From a virus (Duplodnaviria > Heunggongvirae > Uroviricota > Caudoviricetes), in IMG/VR virus record IMGVR_UViG_3300033463_000003: a DNA stretch of 64,000 bases; one strand, written 5' to 3'. Positions 12,984-23,833 of the stretch are shown here, piece after piece. Positions within the stretch are counted from its first letter, which is position 1. Each line of letters opens with the position of its first letter. Below the pieces are notes generated by a model that saw nothing but the letters and a program-made list of their open reading frames with translations, made no database searches and had not been told where the DNA came from. A program made the translations under genes and the position numbers.

Positions 12984-13558
12984 TGGGAAGAGATACATTG
13001 AAAGTAATGGGAGCTTCCAACCATTGTGATGAAGAGCGAGCTGCTAACGACTACTATGGCACAAACCCTGAATCAACTAAAGCATTACTTAGGGTAGAAA
13101 CATTTGATCATAATATTTGGGAACCAGCTGCCGGGCACCATTTAATTGCTAATGTTCTAAAAGATGCCGGCTATAATGTCAAAACAACAGATTTAGTTAA
13201 TTATGGCTTTGGTGATGAACAACTAAACTTCCTTGAATGCCAAGATGTGTTTGATGGTGATATAGTTACAAACCCACCGTACGGAATTTCTACCGAATTT
13301 GCCATTAAAGCACTAGAGCTAGTAAAACCTAGGCATAAAGTTGCGATGTTCCTTAGAACCCTATTCTTAGAGGGAACAAAACGATATGAAACATTATTTA
13401 AATTAAACCCGCCTAAAGTTGTTTATGTATTCAGCAATAGACAGGTATCAGATAAGAATGATGACTTCAATAAAGGTTCTGCAGTATCATATAGTTGGGT
13501 AGTCTGGGAAAAAGGATATCAAGGCGACCCAATAATTAAGTGGATAAGTTCCAAATAA
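12983..13558 (+). CDS. Phage N6-adenine DNA methyltransferase
   Basis: WEPAAG motif I and IVTNPPY motif IV. Confidence 0.8.
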   Translation: MGRDTLKVMGASNHCDEERAANDYYGTNPESTKALLRVETFDHNIWEPAAGHHLIANVLKDAGYNVKTTDLVNYGFGDEQLNFLECQDVFDGDIVTNPPYGISTEFAIKALELVKPRHKVAMFLRTLFLEGTKRYETLFKLNPPKVVYVFSNRQVSDKNDDFNKGSAVSYSWVVWEKGYQGDPIIKWISSK

Positions 13559-13743
13559 GGCTAATTTAAAAAGTTAGCTTTTTTTATTTTTTTAATTTTC
13601 CTATTTACATTTACAGTTGTTTGTGTTATAATTATAATGGGGAGTGGTGTGTGTGAAAAAAAAACACACCTTTTATTTTTATTGCTTTGTTTTATTTTTG
13701 CTAAATTATTTGATAGTCAGTTCTAAAAAGGAGATTAGAATAA

Positions 13744-15411
13744 ATGGCACAAATTGATAAAAAGAAAATTATTGTAGAAAGTGTCGATCCATTTGATGCT
13801 TTCGATGAAATTCCTGCAGTTGAATCTGAATCACTAGAAGAAGATTTAGAACCAATCGTAGAGGAATTCGAACAAGATACACTTTGGGAAGATGTTGATG
13901 ATGATGTAGTTGTCGATGTTGAAAACCCATTTGTAGTAGAATTTGAACCAGAATTTTTAGAAGTATCTGCTAGTGATTATGATGATGAATATGGTGAAGA
14001 ACCACAAGCATCAGAAATTTCAGCAGAAGAACAAGAACAATCTGAAGAACCAATCGCTATTTCAGTAGAAGAAGTTAAAGAGGTTGCTGAAGCTGTTGCT
14101 GAAGAAGTAGTTGCCGAAATCGCACCTGAAGTTCCTGCTGAAGAAGCTGCTGAAGTTATTGAAGATAAAGTAGAAGAAGTTGTCGAAGATAAACTTGGTG
14201 AAGAAAAGGTTCCTGAAGATGAACAACCAGAAGATGTAGCTGATGCAGCTGCAGAATCTGAAGAATCCACTGAAGATAGTGAAGAAAGTTCTGATCATGA
14301 AGAAGATGATGAATCTGATGATGAAGAATTGGATGAAGCTTTACTTCTTGAAACAACAAAGGGTGTTATAAATAAAAACTTTGACAAATTTATTGTTTGC
14401 CGCTGGAAAGCTAGTGGTTCATTAGATGGTCAAATGGAATTTAAAACAATTCAAGATGCTATGAAGTATGCCCAACAATGGTCAAAGAAATCTGATGCTG
14501 GTGATAAAGGCGCTTCAATATTTGGTGGTGAAATTGATCCAGAAAATAGATTAGTTAAATTTGTTAAGGGTCATAAAGTTGATAATGATTTAAAAGCTAC
14601 TGCAAAACAAATGAAAAAAGATGCTAAGGCTGATGCTGGAATGGAAAAAGCTGCTGCTAAAGCTATTGGCGCACAATCCACTGCAGAAGAAGAAGCTGCT
14701 GCTGCGAAAGCATCTGGTGCTACACCAGAACCAGAAGCTAAAGCAGAAGAACCAAAAGTAGAAGAGCCAAAGGCTGATGAACCTGCAACTGAAGAACCAA
14801 AAGCTGAAGAACCTGCAGCAGAAGAACCAGCTGCTAGTGAAGAAGCCCCAGCAGAAGAAGCACAACCAGAAGCACCTGCAAAGCGTGATATGTCTAAACA
14901 AAATGCTGCTAAAGAAAATAACAAAAAGATTGTTAATGCATTTAAAGATGCTGGTCTAGATGCTTCAGAATTAATTACTACTGCCACTAATAAGAATGGT
15001 AAGGAATATAAGAAAGCATCTGATACTCTTCTTAAGCTTAGAAAAGCATTATTTGGTGAAAGCCTTATTCCAGAAGCATTTGAAGATGATGATGTTCTTG
15101 ATGAAAGAGCAATGACTGATGTCCCATTCGATTCAGAGGCAAAAATTGGTGATAAAATTAGAATCGTTCACTTAGAAGGCGAAGGTTCTGAATATGATGG
15201 TAAAGAAGGTACTATTGAAAACATCGATGGTATTGGACAACTTCATGGAACTTGGGGTGGCCTTGCTGTTATCCCAGGTGTTGATGAATTCGAAATTATT
15301 AATGAAGATTACACTGGCACTCCAGAAGAACGTACTACACACCTAGAATATGTTGATGAAGATCCATGTGATGGTGAAGCAGTATTACCAAAAAATATTT
15401 CAAAAGAATAA
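13744..15411 (+). CDS. Very acidic low-complexity protein with C-terminal DUF4314-like domain; possible prohead core/internal protein
   Basis: Late motif upstream; EEPKA repeats; GTIENIDGIGQLHGTWG..IPGVDEF resembles DUF4314. Confidence 0.6.
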   Translation: MAQIDKKKIIVESVDPFDAFDEIPAVESESLEEDLEPIVEEFEQDTLWEDVDDDVVVDVENPFVVEFEPEFLEVSASDYDDEYGEEPQASEISAEEQEQSEEPIAISVEEVKEVAEAVAEEVVAEIAPEVPAEEAAEVIEDKVEEVVEDKLGEEKVPEDEQPEDVADAAAESEESTEDSEESSDHEEDDESDDEELDEALLLETTKGVINKNFDKFIVCRWKASGSLDGQMEFKTIQDAMKYAQQWSKKSDAGDKGASIFGGEIDPENRLVKFVKGHKVDNDLKATAKQMKKDAKADAGMEKAAAKAIGAQSTAEEEAAAAKASGATPEPEAKAEEPKVEEPKADEPATEEPKAEEPAAEEPAASEEAPAEEAQPEAPAKRDMSKQNAAKENNKKIVNAFKDAGLDASELITTATNKNGKEYKKASDTLLKLRKALFGESLIPEAFEDDDVLDERAMTDVPFDSEAKIGDKIRIVHLEGEGSEYDGKEGTIENIDGIGQLHGTWGGLAVIPGVDEFEIINEDYTGTPEERTTHLEYVDEDPCDGEAVLPKNISKE

Positions 15412-15440
15412 AAAATTAAAAAATTAGTTGTATAATATAA

Positions 15441-15592
15441 TGTGCTGCGGTTAATGAAACCCCAGCCGTTCATGAAAATAGAACTGTTAATACGATGATT
15501 AACAAGTTCGCTTCCTCCTTTCTGTTCCGGTAGATTATTGGTCACCCACCTCCTTATAATTTTCATAAGGTGGCCGCTATCGGAACTTTTTT
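15441..15592 (+). ncRNA. Candidate small RNA with two anti-Shine-Dalgarno motifs
   Basis: TGTATAAT promoter at 15429, no ORF, CCTCCTT twice, terminal stem GTTCCGGTAG/CTATCGGAAC plus T-run. Confidence 0.5.
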
Positions 15593-15656
15593 ATTTTTTC
15601 TATTTACAAAGAAAAAAATTTATGGTATAATTATTATGAAGGGAGTATTATGAAGT

Positions 15657-15848
15657 ATGAAAAAGAAAAAAATGCATACGGTTCAACCTAAAAAATCTGA
15701 AAAGATTCATATTGTGATTAAACCATCTGATTTGAATGTTCCAAATAAGATGCATTTTAACGTACAATTAAATACTCGTGCTTCAATTCAAGAAGATAAA
15801 AGATTTAAAAAACCAAAACATAAAAAGAAAGTTTTTGAGGAGGACTAG
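15657..15848 (+). CDS. Small basic hypothetical protein
   Basis: Promoter and RBS upstream. Confidence 0.65.
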   Translation: MKKKKMHTVQPKKSEKIHIVIKPSDLNVPNKMHFNVQLNTRASIQEDKRFKKPKHKKKVFEED

Positions 15849-15851
15849 AAG

Positions 15852-16268
15852 ATGGTAGAAGATTATAAAGATTTAACATCTGATAACTTAATGGAAAATT
15901 TAATTGAACGTGTTGCAAAGAAAGAGCATACAAAAGCAGAACTAATTAGAACTCGTGATGGATTAGCAGCTGCTAAAGTATTATCTACTGCACTATTTAA
16001 AATTTCTAAGATGTTCGATAAGCTTGCAAAACAATCATTAGAAAAATACATTGAAGAAATAGATGATACAAGAATGCAACTCAATGCAGTTCAACAATTA
16101 TGCACATATCGTGATTTTCTTGCATGTAAACGATTTTATTTAGTAGAAAAAGGAATAATTGACCGTATAATATATGAGTACAACGTTTATGTAAATTCTG
16201 GACACCTAATCGATTCTATGTTGGGAAACGAAAGGCCAGAAGAAGACTTGTATGATTATACCAAATAA
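15852..16268 (+). CDS. Hypothetical protein
   Basis: RBS GAGGAGG, operonic. Confidence 0.7.
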   Translation: MVEDYKDLTSDNLMENLIERVAKKEHTKAELIRTRDGLAAAKVLSTALFKISKMFDKLAKQSLEKYIEEIDDTRMQLNAVQQLCTYRDFLACKRFYLVEKGIIDRIIYEYNVYVNSGHLIDSMLGNERPEEDLYDYTK

Positions 16269-16284
16269 TGTAGGAGGTAAATTT

Positions 16285-16497
16285 ATGAAACATTTTGGTA
16301 AAGTATATCCTTATATGGGAAACAAAGCATACACAGAAAGTGGAGCTTATCTTGGTATTGTATCTTATGTTGATACACAAGCAGTATATATTACAACATA
16401 TGATCAAAAAGAGCTAAAAGCACACTATGCTCCTGCAAAAGAAAGCTGGCAAGTTAAAGAAAAATCAAAGGCTATAAAAGTATTCTTTAGGGGCTAA
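16285..16497 (+). CDS. Hypothetical protein
   Basis: RBS AGGAGG before ATG 16285. Confidence 0.65.
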   Translation: MKHFGKVYPYMGNKAYTESGAYLGIVSYVDTQAVYITTYDQKELKAHYAPAKESWQVKEKSKAIKVFFRG

Positions 16498-16609
16498 AAA
16501 TAATACGCTAAATTAAGTACATCGACCCCATGATGACCTAAAATCACATGGGGTTTTATTTATGTTAAGAGCTAAATTTAATGAGCACAATTGAAAGGGG
16601 TTTATCAAA

Positions 16610-16793
16610 TATGGAATCAAATAATCGTGAAATTGGCCACGTTTCTTTTTATACCCAATCTGAGGATAAAAAGGATATGAAAAGAGCAGCGGACAGTAGT
16701 TTTTTAGCCGACAATGATGGAATGACTGTAGAGGAGCTTGATGCTATCTTATCGGCACTATACGATACCCAAGATTATGATTTAGATGCTTAA
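16610..16793 (+). CDS. Small hypothetical protein (start approximate)
   Basis: GCTAAA motif and GAAAGGGG upstream. Confidence 0.5.
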
Positions 16794-16816
16794 AAAGATA
16801 AAAATGAGGAAATTTT

Positions 16817-18976
16817 ATGATAGTAATTAAAAGAGATGGCAAAAAAGTAAATTTTGATGCCTATAAGATTAGAAAAGCGATAGTTGGTGCTAATTCAAGA
16901 TCAAATGAAATGTCCGAGGGCGAAATTGATCGAATTACAGAAATCGTAGTGAATAAATGTTTAAAGAATTCAGGTGATCTTAAAGTTGAAGAGATCCAGG
17001 ATATTGTAGAAGATACGCTACTAAAAAGTAAATTTAATAAAACAGCTAAAACTTTCATCTTGTATAGGGATAAACGTACTAGAATTCGTCAAAGCAAGTC
17101 AAAGCTTTTAAAAGAAGTTGGTGATAAGCTTCTTGGTGTACATATTGTTAATCAGAATGCTAATGTTGATGAGAGGTCATTTGGAGGCCGTAAAGGTGAG
17201 GCTGATAGTGTTTTAACTAAACAGTATGCTTTGGACTACTGTATGTCCGAAATGGCTCGAAATAACCATTTAAATAACGAAATCTATATTCATGATTTAG
17301 ATTCTTATGCTGTTGGTATGCACAACTGTTTATCAATTCCATTTGATAAGCTTTTGGCTGAAGGTTTTAAAACAAGGCAGACTGATGTTAGACCTGCAGG
17401 GTCAATTAATACTGCATTTCAGTTAGTAGCAGTAATATTCCAGCTACAATCGTTACAACAGTTCGGTGGTGTCTCTGCTACACACTTAGATTGGACAATG
17501 GTACCATATGTACGTAAATCTTTCTATAAACACTATTTAGAAGGTGCTGAGTGATTAGGTGATTCTGAAACTTCCCAAATTTCGAAATCCACACCTATTG
17601 ATGAGTATCCTAGTGGGAAAGTGTATGATTATGCATTAGCTATGACCAAGAAAGAATTGGACCAAGCAGTTGAAGGTATGTATCATAATTTAAATACATT
17701 ACAATCTAGATCAGGAAACCAATTACCTTTCACTAGTATAAACTATGGAACTTGTACATCTACCGAGGGCCGGATGGTTACCAGATCATTACTTGAAGGT
17801 TCACTAAAAGGTGTTGGTAAACTACATCGTACACCGATCTTCCCATGTGGCATATTCCAGTATATGAAAGGTGTTAATGACAAACCAGGAACACCAAACT
17901 ATGATTTGTATCAATTAGCACTTAAATCTACTGCAAAACGTTTATATCCAAATTATGCTAATGTTGATTGGTCAAACAATGCAGGCTACGATGTTAATGA
18001 TCCGAAAACTTACTTTTCCACTATGGGATGTCGTACTGCTAATGGTGCAGATATCAATGCTGAACCTGGTACAAATCCACAAACCAAAGATGGTAGAGGA
18101 AATATCTGTCCAGTAACTATTATCTTACCTACACTAGTGATGGAAGCTGGAAGAGATATAGAAAAATTCATGGAACTCTTAGATGTTAAGATTCATGAAG
18201 CAAAAGATATGTTGATCGAAAGATATGAGTATATTTGTAGTCAGTGTGCTGATTCTGCTAAATTTATGTATGAAAACGGTACGATGTTGGGCTACAAACC
18301 AGAAGAAGGAATTCGTAGTGCAATGAAGCACGGAACTCTTGTAATTGGTCAGATCGCTTTAGCAGAAACACTAGAACTCTTAATTGGCAAGAATCAATGT
18401 ACAGCTGAGGGTATGGAACTTGCTAAAAGAATAGAACAATTATTTAAGGATAGATGTGCAGAATTTAAAAAAGAATATCACTTAAACTTTGGTGTTTATT
18501 ATACTCCAGCTGAAAACTTATGCTACACCGCAATGCAAAAGTTTAAGAAACAATATGGGGTCATCCCACATGTATCAGATCGAGAATATTTCACTAATAG
18601 TATTCATGTACCTGTGTGGGAGGATGTTACAGCCTTTGAAAAGATTGACATCGAATCGCAACTTACTGGATATTCTAATGCTGGCTGTATTACATACGTT
18701 GAGTTATCTGCAGCTGCAACAGGGAATTTAGAAGCTTTAGAAAGTTTAGTGAATTATGCTATGGATCACGACATTCCGTACTTTGCAGTCAACATTCCAA
18801 ATGATACATGTTTAGATTGTGGCTATACCGGTGAATTTAACGACCACTGTCCAGAGTGTGGTAGTGGGCATATTCAGCAGCTACGTAGGGTTACAGGCTA
18901 TTTAACTGGAAACTATAAAACTGCATTTAATTATGGAAAGCAAAAAGAAGTAGAAGATAGGGTGAAACATATTTAA
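16817..18976 (+). CDS. nrdD: Anaerobic class III ribonucleoside-triphosphate reductase with ATP cone, 719 aa (TGA at 17552)
   Basis: VIKRDG ATP cone, IYIHDLD, HNC, TMGCRT, CxxC-CxxC, RRVTGYL glycyl-radical motif. Confidence 0.95.
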
Positions 18977-19635
18977 TGAATAAATTAACATTTACATGAA
19001 GAGCACAACATATATTTAAATCATTACTTGCCGGTGTGTTAATTGCCTTAGCCGGAGGAACATACCTTTCATGCAGTAGTGTAGTTAGTGATCCAAACTT
19101 ATATAGGATTGTTGGATCATTCCTATTTTCTATTGGTCTGATAGCTGTGCTTGCATTAGATGCTAACTTATTCACTGGAAAAGTTGGTTATATTGATTCC
19201 TGGCATAAATTCGGATTAGCCTGCGCATGTTTGGTATATAATTTACTAGTGGCATTCTTTATTGGGATGTTATATAGAGGAATTCATAATAGTGCAGCGA
19301 TAGGTCCTTTTGCTCCAGAAAGTGCTAGGATGATGAAAACTTGGTATCAGATGTTTGCAGATAGCTTCGGTTGTGGTGCATTAATTTACTTGGCAGTAGA
19401 ATTATATAAGAAAACAAAAAGCTTTATTCCTGTCATCATCTGTGTCATGGCATTTATACTTAGCGGCACCGAACACTGTATTGCTGACGCTTTTTACCTA
19501 GGAGCATCACATTTATCCTGGAAAGCTGTTGGATACTTGGGGTTAGCAATTCTTGGAAATTCGCTTGGTGCTTGTGGTGTACATTGGCTACAAAGAGGGG
19601 CTGAATTCTTAAATGAATTACCTACTAATAGATAA
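18976..19635 (+). CDS. Formate/nitrite transporter (FNT) family protein (TGA at codon 8)
   Basis: LFTG and FILSGTEHCIAD motifs, several TM segments; ATG overlaps nrdD stop. Confidence 0.85.
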
Positions 19636-20152
19636 AACATGTATATCGGATGGCCCTGGCGTACGCGTTTCCTTATATATTAGTGGGTGCAGAAACCATT
19701 GTGAAGGCTGTCATAACCCTGAGTCGTGGAATTTCTGTGTGGGTAAAAAATTCACTGAAGAAGTAGAAGATGTTGTGATCGGAGAATGCATGCGCACGTA
19801 TGTAAAAGGACTTACCCTATGTGGGGGAGACCCATGCGAACCGGAAAATCAGAAAGCTTTAGTGAATTTACTGAAGAAATTCCGATCAAAATGTACAGGA
19901 AAGGACATATGGTTGTATACTGGTTATGAGTTAGATGACCTGCTACCTAGTGGAAAAAAGCATACCGATTGTACAGATGAATTCCTTTCCTACATCGATG
20001 TAGCTGTAGTTGGACCATTCATTCTTAGTGAAAGAGACATATCTGATGACAATCGTTGGCGTGGATCTAGGAATCAAAGAGTGTTGGATTTACCAAAATC
20101 ACTAGAAGCTGGTAAACCTATCATGCTTCCTGGAATTCCGAACAATAATTAA
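19613..20152 (+). CDS. nrdG: Anaerobic RNR activating radical-SAM protein
   Basis: DGPGVR, CRNHCEGCHNP, GGDP, RGSRNQR. Confidence 0.95.
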   Translation: MNYLLIDKTCISDGPGVRVSLYISGCRNHCEGCHNPESWNFCVGKKFTEEVEDVVIGECMRTYVKGLTLCGGDPCEPENQKALVNLLKKFRSKCTGKDIWLYTGYELDDLLPSGKKHTDCTDEFLSYIDVAVVGPFILSERDISDDNRWRGSRNQRVLDLPKSLEAGKPIMLPGIPNNN

Positions 20153-20169
20153 AAAAATGAAAAAGGCTA

Positions 20170-20198
20170 TTTACAAAATAGTCTTTTTTTGTTATAAT
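20170..20198 (+). promoter_or_regulatory. Early sigma-A-type promoter TTTACA-N17-TATAAT (representative of about 25 copies)
   Basis: Near-identical copies at about 15603, 20602, 21038, 21891, 22834, 23144, 23769, 24677, 25257, 26875, 27407, 27978, 28964, 31415, 32427, 32949, 33682, 34583, 63187, 63385. Confidence 0.85.
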
Positions 20199-20222
20199 AT
20201 TAATATAAGAGAGGAATATATT

Positions 20223-20597
20223 ATGGAAAGATTTGAATTTCACGCCGCATTTCAATTAACAAGAAAGATTATTTTTGAAGTGAGCTATTATACATTAGGA
20301 AGTAATGACTCAGCTTATTTTACAACTTCAGCTGAAGAGTTTAATCAACCTAAGACAGACTATAGTAGAGCTGGCCAAGCACAAGATGATTTGTGCACCG
20401 GTGCAGCGAGAGCTTTCTATAAAAAGTGGGATCGCTTCCATCTTCATGAACTTAAAGATGAAGAGTTTGAAGAAATGGTTTCTGACTTAGAAGTGTTAAA
20501 ACAAAACTATAACTACATTGAACATAAAACAGCAATTAGACCGGCTGATTTAAGTTTTAATGAAATTAAAAAATTATCTATGCAAAAGGTTAAATAA
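20223..20597 (+). CDS. Early hypothetical protein
   Basis: Promoter plus RBS GAGGA; start corrected. Confidence 0.75.
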   Translation: MERFEFHAAFQLTRKIIFEVSYYTLGSNDSAYFTTSAEEFNQPKTDYSRAGQAQDDLCTGAARAFYKKWDRFHLHELKDEEFEEMVSDLEVLKQNYNYIEHKTAIRPADLSFNEIKKLSMQKVK

Positions 20598-20649
20598 ACT
20601 ATTTACAAAAGTATTTAATCATGTTATAATATTAATAGAGGTGGAAAAT

Positions 20650-20889
20650 ATGAATAGTAAAATTAAAGAAAACGCACAAGCCGATTGGACAGATATGATT
20701 ATTAAATCTTGGACTTGGGCAAAACTAACTGATGAAGAAAAGAATAGATTTGGTGATGAAATAAATAAATCTATTACACAAAAAGAAGTTATTAAAGGAA
20801 CTTATAGACAACGTTGGGAAATACTCAATGCTCTTTATTCAATGTTTTTAGAAGGACTTGGATATAAACCTATTGGCTGGAGGGAATAG
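20650..20889 (+). CDS. Early hypothetical protein
   Basis: Promoter plus RBS GAGGTG; start corrected. Confidence 0.75.
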   Translation: MNSKIKENAQADWTDMIIKSWTWAKLTDEEKNRFGDEINKSITQKEVIKGTYRQRWEILNALYSMFLEGLGYKPIGWRE

Positions 20890-21095
20890 CTGTGAAAATT
20901 GAATTAACAAAAGAAGAAGCCGAAGTTTTAGAATCTTATTTATTTAGAAAGATTTGTGGATTAGAAGAAGCAGGATTAACAGATAGTCGCTGCTATCCTT
21001 TACTTTACTCAATTCGTCAAAAAATAAATAAAAAAATGTTTACAAATAAATAATTATGCGATATAATATAAGTAGATAAGTAAGGAGGAATACTT

Positions 21096-21545
21096 GTGAA
21101 TAAAAAGAATATAGTTACAAAAGCAAATATTGAAAAAGTTGCCGACTTCTTGGAAAAAGCATGTAGCTACTTTAAGAAAGATGGTAATGGATGCTTTCAC
21201 TTCAACCTATCCGATGACTTAGCACTCTATATTGGTTGGTCTGATGGATATGATATGGCAGATACTGATATTATTAAGTCAACTGAAGGCCAAAGAAAAA
21301 ATGGCTCTTGGACTTGTGGTTATGCTATCAATGCTGCGGTAAAAGTTAGAAATGACTTTGACTGTGCTGACTTCGATTTCTTAAATTATCCTTATTACCC
21401 AGAAGATGGTGAAGCTTGGGATAATGGAATTTCTATGAGGCCAAATCAAACTCGTAGGGAATACAGACACGATGCAAGATGGTTTTTAGAAACATTTGTA
21501 TCAATGACTAATGCTCACAAGAAAGGGGAAATTGTTTATGAGTAA
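21096..21545 (+). CDS. Early hypothetical protein
   Basis: Promoter plus RBS AAGGAGG. Confidence 0.75.
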   Translation: MNKKNIVTKANIEKVADFLEKACSYFKKDGNGCFHFNLSDDLALYIGWSDGYDMADTDIIKSTEGQRKNGSWTCGYAINAAVKVRNDFDCADFDFLNYPYYPEDGEAWDNGISMRPNQTRREYRHDARWFLETFVSMTNAHKKGEIVYE

Positions 21546-21864
21546 TATTAAAGTAGTCGAAACAAAAGAAGAATTAAAAGATTTATACGACAAATGGGCA
21601 ATGACTTGGGAAGGTTTAAGAGAACAAGATTTTGAAGAAGCCCTTGAATACTGTGGTGGTGAAGGTGCACAAGGTTATCTAATCAAAGGTAAAGTGATGA
21701 ACGACATTTGCCATTTAACTGATAGTAATGCTTATCCAGATGATCTCAACATCTTTGCAATCTATCCATTCAAAGGATTAGCAATGCAGTATGGTGCAAG
21801 ATGGATGACTGACATCATTGATAACAATGCTTATCGTGAAGATTATCACCCATTTGCTGAATAA
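21538..21864 (+). CDS. Early hypothetical protein, paralog of 26481-26855
   Basis: Shared ELK.LY...GG.GA.GY...G......C.L. Confidence 0.75.
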   Translation: MSNIKVVETKEELKDLYDKWAMTWEGLREQDFEEALEYCGGEGAQGYLIKGKVMNDICHLTDSNAYPDDLNIFAIYPFKGLAMQYGARWMTDIIDNNAYREDYHPFAE

Positions 21865-21947
21865 AAAATTAAAAAAAATTAAAAAAGCCGTTTACAAATG
21901 CGGCTTTTTATGTTATAATTATAATATAAGAAAAGAGGAAATAAATT

Positions 21948-22208
21948 ATGAAAGTTTACATTATATTTGATGCTTGTAGCGGTGAAGATTACAGCACAGA
22001 TGATCCAACAATTCTTTATGTTTCAACAAGCAAAGAAAAAGCAAAAGAATTCTTTGATGATGAAGTCAGCAATTGGGAAGATGGAATGGAAGAATACGAT
22101 TCTAACATTGATGAATATGCTGATGGCACACTCGTCTATGAATGCACTGACTTTGAAGGTGATTCGCATAGAATTATGAAATTAGTTGAAAGCGAGGTTG
22201 AGGAATAA
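21948..22208 (+). CDS. Small acidic early protein
   Basis: Promoter, RBS, D/E-rich. Confidence 0.75.
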   Translation: MKVYIIFDACSGEDYSTDDPTILYVSTSKEKAKEFFDDEVSNWEDGMEEYDSNIDEYADGTLVYECTDFEGDSHRIMKLVESEVEE

Positions 22209-22507
22209 TGGCAAAGAAAACTCAAGAACAAAAACTTATTGAACAAATGCTTCAATGCTTGTGGGACGTAAGTGATATTCAAATGGAACACATTGATGAT
22301 ACTAATTATCGTGAGTTCTATGAAGAAGCCGCCGATGCACTTGATATGTATGATGGTGCCGAAGCTGATGCAGACAGACTCACCTATGAAAACTTAGATG
22401 AGTATGTTACTTTAAGAAACGAATTAGTTGAACTTCTTAAAGCAAAAGGTATGTCTAAAGAAGAAAGATTAAACTTTATTAGACAAGAAACTTGCTGGGA
22501 GGACTAA
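22208..22507 (+). CDS. Small acidic early protein
   Basis: Coupled TAATG start. Confidence 0.75.
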   Translation: MAKKTQEQKLIEQMLQCLWDVSDIQMEHIDDTNYREFYEEAADALDMYDGAEADADRLTYENLDEYVTLRNELVELLKAKGMSKEERLNFIRQETCWED

Positions 22508-22509
22508 GT

Positions 22510-22812
22510 ATGGGAACAGTTGACAGATTAAAAGAAAGACTTGAACACAAAGACTATATTGGTAAAGCTTGTCCAATTTGTGGTGCAGCTCCTACTCTAA
22601 AATCAAGAGGCTTCGACCCTTGGGGTGATATGGGTTATGATTGTTGCACAGAATTTTGGCTAGAATGCAGCGGTTGTGGTATTATTAAGGCAGGTGCTTA
22701 TAACAATATTAATACTAAAGATGCAGAAGCTAAAAATGAAGCAATCAAAGATTGGAATGAGGTAGTTGATTATGTTGATGATCTCATTACTAAAACTCAT
22801 AAAGAAAAATAA
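22510..22812 (+). CDS. Lar-like restriction alleviation protein
   Basis: CPICG...ECSGCG...EAIKDWN pattern typical of the Lar family. Confidence 0.6.
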   Translation: MGTVDRLKERLEHKDYIGKACPICGAAPTLKSRGFDPWGDMGYDCCTEFWLECSGCGIIKAGAYNNINTKDAEAKNEAIKDWNEVVDYVDDLITKTHKEK

Positions 22813-22885
22813 TTAAAAAAGATTAAAAAGGGTTTACAAATAACCCTTTTTATGTTATAATATAAGTATAAGAGGTAAAAAATAT

Positions 22886-23134
22886 ATGACAAATTACACA
22901 CACATTAATGATTGTTGGAAAGCAATTAGAGAAGCAAAGACAATTGAAGAAGTTGAAATGCTTTTTGATACTTTTCCAAGATGGTCTGGAAACTGGTTTG
23001 TCCAAATTGAAAATGATTCTTTCTATGGAAAAGTTTATGTTGTCTATAATACTTATTGGGACAACAACTTAGATCAAGAGGAAACTGAATGTGAAACTCT
23101 TGAAATTGAAGTGCCAGATTTTGAAGAAGAATAA
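22886..23134 (+). CDS. Small acidic early protein, paralog of 23543-23761
   Basis: Shared HI...W.....KT.EE.E..F and N.YWD.NL. Confidence 0.75.
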   Translation: MTNYTHINDCWKAIREAKTIEEVEMLFDTFPRWSGNWFVQIENDSFYGKVYVVYNTYWDNNLDQEETECETLEIEVPDFEEE

Positions 23135-23210
23135 AAGAAACTATTTACAAATATCATAAAATATGATATAATTATAATAGAGAAAAGATAATAGGAGGAA
23201 AACAAAACCT

Positions 23211-23543
23211 ATGAAAAAATATGTAATTCATTTTATGAGCTTAGACGCACCATCTATTGAAGATGATGGTCTTGAAAGTGGAACTGGTTGTGGTGTCTAT
23301 GAAAAAGCATTTGATACCAAAGAAGAAGCCGAAAAGTTTTTAGTTGAAGAACTCATCCCTCAAGATAAAGCAGAACTTGAAGAATGTTACGGCTTCAATG
23401 AAAAAGAAGAAGGTTGGGAACCTACAGTTTATATTACTGTTGAAAAAGGTATGTGGGGAAGAAACACTTTAGTTGTTACCGACAAGTTTGATGCCACAGA
23501 AATCAATATCACAATTTATGATATTGCGGAGGTAGAGTTCTAA
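23211..23543 (+). CDS. Acidic early protein
   Basis: Promoter, RBS AGGAGG. Confidence 0.75.
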   Translation: MKKYVIHFMSLDAPSIEDDGLESGTGCGVYEKAFDTKEEAEKFLVEELIPQDKAELEECYGFNEKEEGWEPTVYITVEKGMWGRNTLVVTDKFDATEINITIYDIAEVEF

Positions 23544-23761
23544 TGAAACATATCAGTGAGGTTTGGGAATTCTTAGATCAATTTAAGACTAAGGAAGAAT
23601 TAGAAAAAGCATTTGGAGAAATTCAAAATAAGTTCGGTAGTTTTGAAATTACTAACTTGTCTACAGCAAAAGAAGACGGATACTTCGAAATCTGTAATTC
23701 TTATTGGGATGAAAATCTTGGTGACTACGACTACGACTACCATTGTGTAGAAATTTGTTAA
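23543..23761 (+). CDS. Small acidic early protein
   Basis: Coupled start; paralog of 22886. Confidence 0.75.
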   Translation: MKHISEVWEFLDQFKTKEELEKAFGEIQNKFGSFEITNLSTAKEDGYFEICNSYWDENLGDYDYDYHCVEIC

Positions 23762-23833
23762 AAAACTATTTACAAAAGCAACATTTTGTGATATAATTAT
23801 AATATAAGATATAGAGTATAAGGAGGAAAAAAT

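Noticed and set aside
13977-14987. Several minus-strand Ser/Phe-rich ORFs
   Set aside because: Antisense shadows of the GAA-rich gene
17552-17620. Intron or split in nrdD
   Set aside because: Gap is in frame with a single TGA and no intron elements
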